A stretch of DNA of 64,000 nt from Chloroflexota bacterium (GTDB taxonomy: Bacteria > Chloroflexota > Anaerolineae > UBA7937 > B3-Chlor), in assembly GCA_030603665.1 (NCBI GenBank), contig JAUVXJ010000003.1, positions 85,377 to 149,376 on the forward strand, written 5' to 3'. The notes below the pieces were generated by a model. The model saw nothing but the letters and a program-made list of their open reading frames with translations, searched no databases and was not told the origin of the DNA. This document shows, one piece after another, positions 56,864 through 64,000 of the stretch. How positions within the stretch are numbered: the stretch's first letter is position 1; each line of letters begins with the position of its first letter. A program made the translations under genes and the position numbers.

Positions 56864-57499
56864 ATGCTGAGTACTGAGAAGAAGTGGCTCGACTACTCAC
56901 TGCCCGTCATGGAGGAGATGCGGAAGGAACTGGCCGCCATAGATCCGGTCGTTCTGGCCGCCCGCACGGGCACGGAGTTCGTCAAGTCGAACGATGGCGT
57001 CGGTCAGTTCACCCTGGACTACATCGGGGAGGCATATCAACTCAGCTTCCCGGAGTTCGTGGCGCGGGCCGCGCAGACCGGAGAGGAATGCTGGGCCGGG
57101 CTGCGTTTTCTGTTCTTGTACTACTTCCACACGGCTGACGGAACGCGTCCTGCCGATCGATGGATCTCCTTTCGGGAGTTGCCAGACGGCATGTTCTATT
57201 TCCACGCGTTTCAGGGCTATTCAGGAACTCGGCTGGTGAAGGCCTTTGAGAATGACCTTGCACGCTTCAGGGAAGCCGCGTCGAAAGCGGGAGGCGAAGC
57301 ATTGTCACACGGCGACGCTGGATTCATGTTCCGTGCTCTGCCCAAGGTGCCCCTGGCCGTAGTCTACTGGGCCGGCGACGACGAGTTTGCCCCCAACGCC
57401 AACGTGCTCTTCGACGCGTCGGCTGGTCACTACCTCTCGACAGATGGGCTTGCTGTACTGGGCAGAGAACTGTGCAGCAAGATCATTCGTCTTGGCTAG
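56864..57499 (+). CDS. hypothetical protein (possibly DUF3786-like), apparently leaderless
   Basis: Begins MLSTEKKWLDYSLPVMEEMRKEL. No SD, but a consensus promoter sits immediately upstream. Confidence 0.45.
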   Translation: MLSTEKKWLDYSLPVMEEMRKELAAIDPVVLAARTGTEFVKSNDGVGQFTLDYIGEAYQLSFPEFVARAAQTGEECWAGLRFLFLYYFHTADGTRPADRWISFRELPDGMFYFHAFQGYSGTRLVKAFENDLARFREAASKAGGEALSHGDAGFMFRALPKVPLAVVYWAGDDEFAPNANVLFDASAGHYLSTDGLAVLGRELCSKIIRLG

Positions 57500-57517
57500 A
57501 GTCTCACCGACGAAGCG

Positions 57518-59110
57518 ATGAAGCGACATCTGTTGCGCACCCTCCTGGTGCTGCTCCTGCTCTGGCCCACGGCGCTGTACTACAGTGCTTCGTCCCAGGA
57601 TGTCGCAGACTCCCAGACTACCTCGTCTCCGGATGAGACCCCCTTGCCCCCTTACCGCCCTGGCCAGGTCCTGGTCAAGTTCCGCGCAGAGACGCCTCAG
57701 CGGGACAGGACGCAGGCGCTGGGGGATCACGATCTACCCCTTCTGGAAGAGTTGCCGGACCTGCATGTGCAGCGGGTGGCCGCGCCTGAGGGTCAAGAGC
57801 ACATGATTGTTGAAGCGCTAAACGAGGATCCCCGCGTAGAGTACGCGGAACTGGACTACGTCGTCCACGCTACCATAGTCCCCGATGATCCGGACTTGTA
57901 CCTTCAATGGGGCCTCTCGAAGATCCAGGCTCCCGCCGCCTGGGATGAGACCACCGGCAGCTCGGATCTCGTGATCGCCATCGTGGACACCGGGGTGGAT
58001 TTGAATCACCCCGACCTCAACGATAAGATCGTGCCCGGCCGAGACTTCGTCAATGACGACTACATTGCCCAAGACGACCATGGGCACGGCACCCACGTGG
58101 CCGGCATCGCCGCCGCCGAGACCAACAATTCCCGCGGAGTAGCCGGCGTCTCCTGGGGCGCTCGCATCATGCCCATCAAAGTGCTCAGGTATGATGGAGA
58201 TGGCTACTACAGCGATGTGGCGCGGGGAGTGCGGTACGCCTGCAACCACGGAGCGCAGATCATTAACCTCAGCCTTGGCGGAGCCAACCCTTCCAGCACT
58301 CTGAAAGATGCCCTGGAGCAAGCCTACGCAGACGGCTGCATCATCGTGGCCGCAGCGGGAAATAGCGGACAAGACGAGATAGACTATCCCGCCAGATACG
58401 CTGAGGCTATCGCCGTGGCCGCGACCGATCAAGTCGATGACCATGCCGCCTTCTCGGACTATGGGCCTCAGGTCGAGGTGGCAGCTCCAGGCGTTGACAT
58501 CTACAGCACCCTCTGGACCCCTAGCAGCCACACCTACGGCTGGAAGCTGGGGACCTCAATGTCCACCCCCCACGTGTCGGGTCTGGCTGCCCTCATCTTG
58601 TCCCTCTGCCCCCAATTGACCAACGCCGAGGTACGAAGCGTAATCAGAAGCACCGCGAAGGACCTGGGCGCTCCAGGATGGGATCCATATTTCGGCTTCG
58701 GTCGCATCGACGCCCCCAAGGCGATCGAAGCCGCTGGCCCCGCACCTGTCCTTGCTGTGAACCACGACCAGATGCTCTTCCTGGCGGATGCCACCCTAGG
58801 GCCTTGGGCGCAGACGCTGCTCGTGAGCAACGGTGCGCCTTGCGCTCTGCTGGATTGGACCGCCGGGGAGAGCGAAGACTGGCTTGACGCTGACCCCGAC
58901 TCGGGCCAGGCGTCCTCCTCGCAGCCGGGCGAGGTTGCGGTGTCCGTGGATGAGTCCGGCCTGTCAACGGGCACTACCTACAACACAACTCTGACCGTTG
59001 ACAGCTCGACATCAGGGGTCCAGGAGACGCCGCAGTTGGTTGACGTGAAGTTCGTCTACTCCGACACTCCCCTCATCAGAACCTTCTACCCCCTGGGTTT
59101 GGCTGACTGA
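57518..59110 (+). CDS. secreted subtilisin-like serine peptidase (S8)
   Basis: Signal peptide, catalytic triad blocks VAIVDTGVD, HGTHVAGI and GTSMSTPHVSG, and a C-terminal extension. Confidence 0.85.
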   Translation: MKRHLLRTLLVLLLLWPTALYYSASSQDVADSQTTSSPDETPLPPYRPGQVLVKFRAETPQRDRTQALGDHDLPLLEELPDLHVQRVAAPEGQEHMIVEALNEDPRVEYAELDYVVHATIVPDDPDLYLQWGLSKIQAPAAWDETTGSSDLVIAIVDTGVDLNHPDLNDKIVPGRDFVNDDYIAQDDHGHGTHVAGIAAAETNNSRGVAGVSWGARIMPIKVLRYDGDGYYSDVARGVRYACNHGAQIINLSLGGANPSSTLKDALEQAYADGCIIVAAAGNSGQDEIDYPARYAEAIAVAATDQVDDHAAFSDYGPQVEVAAPGVDIYSTLWTPSSHTYGWKLGTSMSTPHVSGLAALILSLCPQLTNAEVRSVIRSTAKDLGAPGWDPYFGFGRIDAPKAIEAAGPAPVLAVNHDQMLFLADATLGPWAQTLLVSNGAPCALLDWTAGESEDWLDADPDSGQASSSQPGEVAVSVDESGLSTGTTYNTTLTVDSSTSGVQETPQLVDVKFVYSDTPLIRTFYPLGLAD

Positions 59111-59311
59111 TCGCAGCGGCCGGGGCGACTCACAGCAGAAGGCCAATCCCCAAGTGATTCCCCCAGACCGCCATTCTCCCCCTGGCCTTCCACCGCCTGA
59201 TCTCAGCAAACGTGGTCAGCACAGAGATCGGCGCTCAGGAGGTTCCCGCTCTGCTGGTGTGCACCCAGTGACCCAAAGCCGAGGTCTGAGTTCTGTGGCC
59301 TTGCGCCGGGC

Positions 59312-60061
59312 CTAAGTTAATCCAACGCCCCTGGCGGTGAGGGAATATGCCTGAAGGAAAGCATCACGTGAGGGGACGAAGCGGCTGTCGAGGATCTGCG
59401 TTGCCATGGTCGTGGCGCGGTTCTCGCAATCACGGAAGTACTGGGCCTGAGCATCGGCTGAGTGCGCCTCAGCGAAGACGTGACAGAGGCACTTCTCCTC
59501 CAGCACCGAGACGTACACGATGAAGGCCAGATGCATCTCTTCAGCGTCACCGGGAACCGGCATCTCGTGCAGCCGGCGGTAGATCTCCCTGAGCCGGTCT
59601 GCCGCGTTCTGGTCGATGCTGGCAGGGTTGCTCAAGATACCTTCTTCCTCCACGCCGACCACCAGTGGCACGAATCTGTCCAGGTAGTCCGCCACCTCCA
59701 CAGGCACGGTTGGCTGTGGCACCGGGGTGGGGCTGGAGGGCTGGGTCGCCGTTGCCGTGGGCGAAGGTGTTGACGTCGCGGTGGGCGGAATCGAAGTCCT
59801 GGTCGGAGTATCGCTTGGAATGAGGGTGGGCGTACGGGTCGCTGTCGGCTGCGGTATAGGTGACTCGGCCGGCTTCCTGGTCTCTCCCGGCAAGGCAGTG
59901 GACGTTGCCGTGGCGGTCGATGTCGGCGTGTGCAACACCAGCGCAACGGGGGTGCTGGCAGGCAAGTCCATCGCCCCCTGCAGCAGTTGGAGCAGGGCCC
60001 AGAACACGATGACCACGGCGCCCAACAGCACCAACAGCGTCAGCTTCTGACATCCACGCAT
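59312..60061 (-). CDS. membrane-anchored Pro/Thr-rich hypothetical protein
   Basis: N-terminal TM MRGCQKLTLLVLLGAVVIVFWALLQLL, a long PT-rich linker, and a C-terminal globular region. Confidence 0.5.
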   Translation of the reverse strand: MRGCQKLTLLVLLGAVVIVFWALLQLLQGAMDLPASTPVALVLHTPTSTATATSTALPGETRKPAESPIPQPTATRTPTLIPSDTPTRTSIPPTATSTPSPTATATQPSSPTPVPQPTVPVEVADYLDRFVPLVVGVEEEGILSNPASIDQNAADRLREIYRRLHEMPVPGDAEEMHLAFIVYVSVLEEKCLCHVFAEAHSADAQAQYFRDCENRATTMATQILDSRFVPSRDAFLQAYSLTARGVGLT

Positions 60062-60296
60062 GATCTACCTCAGTGGTGGAGCAACACCCTGCAACTGCCA
60101 AAATGGACCGTTCGCAAACATTATAACGCAAGCTCAAGGGGTCGTCAACTGCCCTCTGACGTGCATTCGAGGCCGCCGTCCAGAGCCCCCCTGACGCAGT
60201 ATCTGTCGCGGGCCGCCCAACTGGAGTCCACCTCCAGGCCTGACAGGGGGTCCCGTCCACTGGTAGTCTCGATGCGTCCTCGGATCAGCCGCTCGT

Positions 60297-60325
60297 TTGT
60301 CAGAGGCATGGCCTCATGCTATAAT
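60297..60325 (+). promoter_or_regulatory. promoter TTGTCA-N17-TATAAT for the HTH-M1 peptidase gene
   Basis: Hexamers at 60297-60302 and 60320-60325. ATG at 60370. Confidence 0.45.
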
Positions 60326-60369
60326 GACTGATCGAATTCAGAAAGGCGGCTGTTTGCAGAGTTCCGAAG

Positions 60370-62085
60370 ATGGGAAAACTGGGTGACGCGCTACGTGAAG
60401 CGCGAAAACGAAAGAATTGGTCGCTGGCTCAAGCCGAGGGGGCTACCCGAATCAGGCAGCAGTATATAGTTGCCCTGGAGAAGGAGCACTTCGCTGAGTT
60501 TGCCGGTGAGAGCCAGATCAGGGGCTTCCTCCGGACCTATGCTTTGCACCTCGGTCTGGATCCGGAGGAGATACTGGAGTACTACGATGAGGAGCCGAGG
60601 AAGCTATCTCTCCGGCCCACTATTCCCACCCTCCGCTCTCTTAGCCCCTGGTCCATGATGAATCTCTTGATTCTTCTCTCTATTGTGATCATCGTTGGGG
60701 CCATGGGCCTGTACGTTGCGTCGAGGCAGTCCGCGCCCCCTCCCACCCCCACACCCACAGCCACCCAGGTCACGGTGATTCACACCACACCTCGATACGT
60801 TCTGGAAGTCAGTCTGGACTATGAGGGACATCGCCTCGACGCCACCCAGCGGCTGGATTTCGCCAACATGACAGAAGACACCCTCGAAGAGTTGGTGTTC
60901 AACGTGTTCCCCAACCATGCGGAAGACGTCTTTCTCTTGAAGAGCGTGTCCACGGAACAGGGCGAAGGGGATGAAGAGCCTCCGCAGCTGGAGTACAAGC
61001 TCAACGGGACGAGCCTGCGGGTGAGCCTGCCGTCCCCACTGGAACCCGAAGACCAGACCACGCTCTTTCTTACGTTCTCCCTGGATCTGCCGCGCATGAA
61101 CCCCTATCTTCAATGGAGCAACGGCAGTCTGGGCTATTCAGACCGAATGCTGGCCGCGGGCAACTGGTATCCCGCCCTGGTGCCGTACAAGCAGGGCCAG
61201 GGCTGGAGTATGTTTGCCTTTCACCTCGTAGGCGACCCTTACGTCACCGAGGTGGCCGACTACGAGGTAGAGATAGTGGCTCCCTCGCAGGTTGTGGTGG
61301 CGGGCAGCGGAGAAGAGCAACGTTTCGGCAATCGTTGGCGCTACACCGCCTCCGAGGCTCGTTCCTTCGCCTTCACCGCCAGCGACGAGTACGTGGTGGC
61401 CACCCAACAGGCCGGTCATGTCACGGTGTCGTCGTACTTCTTCCCGGCGCACGAGCGCAGTGGCTCCGATGCGCTCGTCGCCGCCTCTGAAGCACTGCTG
61501 GCCTTTGAGGAACTCTTTGGACCCTATCCATACTCCAGCTATCGCGTGGCCGAGGTGGACTTCGCAGGAGCCATGGAGTTCTCGGGAATGGCTTTCATGG
61601 GAGATGACTGGTATGGCGATCACCCTGGCGGGTACCGCAGCCGGATGGTATCGCTGCTGGTCCACGAGGTGGCTCATCAGTGGTGGTATGGATCGGTGGG
61701 CAACAACCAGGCAAGGGAGCCGTGGCTCGATGAGGCACTGGCCACCTACAGCTCGATGCTCTACTACGAACGGATGCATCCGGAGTTGGTGGAATGGTGG
61801 TGGGACGTTGAGGTGGAAAGCTACCGGCCTCAGGGACAGATCGACCGTCCCATCTATGCGTTCATGGATGGCCGAACCTATCTCAATGCCGTCTACCGCC
61901 GGGGCGCCCTCTTCGTCAGAGACCTTAGAGACCGTATGGGCGACGAGGAGTTCTTCGCCTTCCTGCGCGACTACTACGAGAGCCAGACAAACGAACTCAG
62001 CACCGCTGACGATTTCTTCGGCATTCTGAATCGCCACACTGCTGTGGACATCTCCTCTCTCAGGGAGGAGTACTTTGGCCCCTAG
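60370..62085 (+). CDS. fusion: RodZ-like cytoplasmic HTH domain + single TM + extracytoplasmic M1-family (gluzincin) peptidase domain
   Basis: N-terminus ALREARKRKNWSLAQAEGATRIRQQYIVALEKEHF (XRE/RodZ-type HTH). TM at LLILLSIVIIVGAMGLYV. Zinc site HEVAHQWWYG...EALATY (HExxH + E). Confidence 0.65.
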   Translation: MGKLGDALREARKRKNWSLAQAEGATRIRQQYIVALEKEHFAEFAGESQIRGFLRTYALHLGLDPEEILEYYDEEPRKLSLRPTIPTLRSLSPWSMMNLLILLSIVIIVGAMGLYVASRQSAPPPTPTPTATQVTVIHTTPRYVLEVSLDYEGHRLDATQRLDFANMTEDTLEELVFNVFPNHAEDVFLLKSVSTEQGEGDEEPPQLEYKLNGTSLRVSLPSPLEPEDQTTLFLTFSLDLPRMNPYLQWSNGSLGYSDRMLAAGNWYPALVPYKQGQGWSMFAFHLVGDPYVTEVADYEVEIVAPSQVVVAGSGEEQRFGNRWRYTASEARSFAFTASDEYVVATQQAGHVTVSSYFFPAHERSGSDALVAASEALLAFEELFGPYPYSSYRVAEVDFAGAMEFSGMAFMGDDWYGDHPGGYRSRMVSLLVHEVAHQWWYGSVGNNQAREPWLDEALATYSSMLYYERMHPELVEWWWDVEVESYRPQGQIDRPIYAFMDGRTYLNAVYRRGALFVRDLRDRMGDEEFFAFLRDYYESQTNELSTADDFFGILNRHTAVDISSLREEYFGP

Positions 62086-63781
62086 GCAGACTGGGGCGTT
62101 CACCCTTGCACTGCTCCTCTTCCTCGGATCCTTGCTCGCAGGCCGCCTGATCTCAGGGAATCCAGTCCCCATCTCCCCGGTGAGCAGCTCCCGCCCTACG
62201 AGCACCCAACCGGTTCCAGACGCCACGGCCACTGCTACCCCGATTCAGACACCGATTCCAACACCAACCCTTCCACCATCACCAACTTCGACCTTGCAGT
62301 CGACCGGTACTGTCCTCTTGAACGAGAGCAACACAACGGTCTACGCGCTTCCCCAGGACTGCCTGATCCACCCCTTGCGGCTGCTGGTCTGGAACGACGA
62401 GGTATATGCCCTGGACACGGGCCAGTTGAAGCTCATCGGTTTGGGTACTGAGCCCACGTGCCGGGCGATCCGACCTCCAGGCGGCCGGGTTGGTGAGATG
62501 GTGCTTCAGGAGCTGGCCGATATCGCCCTCGCCGAGAACGAAGGATCGCTCTTGTTGCTCGATGGAGCTGGGAACGTCGTCCTCTACTCTCCTGTCGACG
62601 ACGACTGGCAGGTGGAGCGTCTGGCCCACGCAGCGTATGCGAGCTCCCGCCAGTACCTGGTTACTGTCTCCGCGCACCAAGACGCCTTCTACCTGCTGGA
62701 CGCCAACGTAGGCCAGATCTGGCAGCATACGAACAAACGCGCAGAGGTCATTCCTGTGGACCTGGACCTGCGAGAGAGCGTGGATCTCACCGTGGGAGAA
62801 TACGTCTTCGTGCTGGCCCAGGAGGGATATCGTGGGCCCCTGCGCCTGCACAGGCTGGTTGGACAGCCCCTTGAGCGTGACCCAGCTTTCGTGCCACCAT
62901 CGGATCTGGAGAATCCTTCGCTCCTGTTCCAGGACAAAGAAGCAGGAGGATACCTGTACGTGGTTGACATGAGTCACCAGCGCCTACGTGTGCTCGATCC
63001 CTCCACCGGCGACCTGGTGAGGGAGTATATCTTTGCCAGCGGAGGGCCGCAGATCGATGCGGCTTACGCCCGAGGGCAGAAGCTGTATCTGGCATCGAGT
63101 GATGCGATCTACGTCTATCCACGCGAGCCCGCGGGGCTCGGCGGGTTGGCCCCCGCACCTGCACCCCAGGGCGACCTAGTGTCGCTCCCGCCCCATGACT
63201 CCAGGGTAATAGAGCTGCTCCCTCCCCTCACGCTGCCCATCGAAGGGACGATGATCTCCGATCTCGCATTCCGGCTGCCGGGAGCGCCCCGCTCTTACCG
63301 GTACGGGGTACATGAGGGCATCGACTTCTACTGGGCTGCCGGAGAGATGGTGACGGATACCACCCCGGTCTTGAGCGTCGCAGATGGCAGAGTCGTCCGT
63401 GCCGACACCGACTACGAGCCCCCCACACTCCAGGCGATAGAGACCATGCTGGCCCATTCCGAAGAGGTGTACCACACGCCAGAGGATGTGTTGGATGTCC
63501 TGCGAGGACGCCAGGTGTGGATAGAGCACGAAAGCGGTCTGATCAGCCGCTACTGCCATCTGAGCGCCGTTGCAGAGGAGCTTGAGGCTGGAGATCACGT
63601 GGAACAGAGCCAGATGGTCGGATACGTTGGCAACTCCGGCACCCCCGCCTCGTACTACGACCCAGGTCAGGAGATGCATCTGCACCTCGAGATCAGGATC
63701 GGCGAGGGGTACCTGGGGCAGTATCTTCGACCCATCGAAGTGAAGCGGTGGCTCTATCAGGTTTTCGGCGCAGGTGCTTGA
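62075..63781 (+). CDS. secreted protein with C-terminal M23 (LytM-type) metallopeptidase domain
   Basis: TTG start overlapping the upstream stop. Signal/TM at AFTLALLLFLGSLLAG. M23 motifs HEGIDFY and GNSGTPASYYDPGQEMHLHLE. Confidence 0.7.
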   Translation: MAPRQTGAFTLALLLFLGSLLAGRLISGNPVPISPVSSSRPTSTQPVPDATATATPIQTPIPTPTLPPSPTSTLQSTGTVLLNESNTTVYALPQDCLIHPLRLLVWNDEVYALDTGQLKLIGLGTEPTCRAIRPPGGRVGEMVLQELADIALAENEGSLLLLDGAGNVVLYSPVDDDWQVERLAHAAYASSRQYLVTVSAHQDAFYLLDANVGQIWQHTNKRAEVIPVDLDLRESVDLTVGEYVFVLAQEGYRGPLRLHRLVGQPLERDPAFVPPSDLENPSLLFQDKEAGGYLYVVDMSHQRLRVLDPSTGDLVREYIFASGGPQIDAAYARGQKLYLASSDAIYVYPREPAGLGGLAPAPAPQGDLVSLPPHDSRVIELLPPLTLPIEGTMISDLAFRLPGAPRSYRYGVHEGIDFYWAAGEMVTDTTPVLSVADGRVVRADTDYEPPTLQAIETMLAHSEEVYHTPEDVLDVLRGRQVWIEHESGLISRYCHLSAVAEELEAGDHVEQSQMVGYVGNSGTPASYYDPGQEMHLHLEIRIGEGYLGQYLRPIEVKRWLYQVFGAGA

Positions 63782-63807
63782 CAACCGTTCCAGCCGGGCA
63801 CTATAAT
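63778..63807 (+). promoter_or_regulatory. consensus promoter TTGACA-N18-TATAAT overlapping the M23 gene stop codon
   Basis: Hexamers at 63778-63783 and 63802-63807. Confidence 0.45.
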
Positions 63808-63869
63808 CTGCACGCCTTGAGGCATCTATCTTCTTTGCAGACCAGAGGCGACAATCTAGCGAGGTTCAA

Positions 63870-64000
63870 GTGCGCAAACTCCAACTGGCCATAACCACCT
63901 TTCTCTTGGTCGTGCTGGCCACAATCGGATTCCTGGCCTACAAGCTCCGTGAGTACGATAGCTATCGCGAGGGCATATACCCAGGGGTCTCGGCCGCGGG
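63870..64000 (+). CDS. N-terminus of a membrane-anchored protein; continues past the window end
   Basis: GTG start after the SD GAGGT. It encodes VRKLQLAITTFLLVVLATIGFLAYKLREYDSYREGIYPGVSAA... Confidence 0.35.
   Translation, partial: MRKLQLAITTFLLVVLATIGFLAYKLREYDSYREGIYPGVSAA

Overview
This is a high-GC (~60%) bacterial chromosomal segment with about 55 protein-coding genes. It has many secreted peptidases and anaerobic-type amino-acid and pyrimidine catabolic genes. It uses canonical sigma70-like promoters (TTGACA/TTGCCC/TTGCAC-N17/18-TATAAT/TACAAT), and the taxon cannot be fixed from the sequence alone. I found no rRNA, tRNA or CRISPR array by eye.

Coding content, in order along the window:
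- 1-3 kb: archaeal-type PEP carboxylase (partial, at the window edge), an L-lactate permease and a CGGC-domain protein.
- 3-6.4 kb: a decayed accessory island with a tubulin/FtsZ-superfamily mini-GTPase carrying the eukaryote-type GGGTGSG signature, a 2-TM membrane protein, and a Phd/YefM-RelE toxin-antitoxin pair.
- 7-10 kb: a B3/4-domain protein and ComEC.
- 11.4-14.1 kb: a PaaK-like aryl-CoA ligase and a 4Fe-4S protein.
- 17-24.2 kb: a TAP-like S33 hydrolase, an aminotransferase, and indolepyruvate ferredoxin oxidoreductase IorAB.
- 24.2-30 kb: a rearranged region full of segmental duplications and pseudogene fragments (iorA pieces, two VOC/glyoxalase paralogs, an MFS gene tail).
- 30-34.7 kb: a peptide-type ABC importer (substrate-binding protein plus two permeases, no ATPase) interrupted by a pseudogene.
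- 35-44.5 kb: a hydantoin/dihydropyrimidine-type cluster with a GntR regulator, three DHODH-like FMN/Fe-S dehydrogenases (two ~88% identical copies flank a dihydropyrimidinase), and an N-carbamoyl-amino-acid amidohydrolase.
- 45-49.6 kb: a secreted C25 gingipain-like peptidase and an unusual chagasin(I42)-papain(C1A) fusion.
- 50-59 kb: CBS and PaaI proteins, a methyltransferase, Sir2, EndoV, Prs, GNAT, MeaB, an orphan B12-binding mutase subunit, and an S8 subtilisin.
- 60-64 kb: a RodZ-like HTH-TM-M1 peptidase fusion and an M23 peptidase.

The main hunting results are:
- the mini-tubulin plus 2-TM module in the toxin-antitoxin island;
- recurrent duplications of gene 3' ends (comEC, the S33 hydrolase) that flank small inserted islands;
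- the paralog-rich pyrimidine/hydantoin cluster, which has no PreT-type partner;
- the protease-inhibitor fusion;
- several operator-like palindromes next to the GntR gene.
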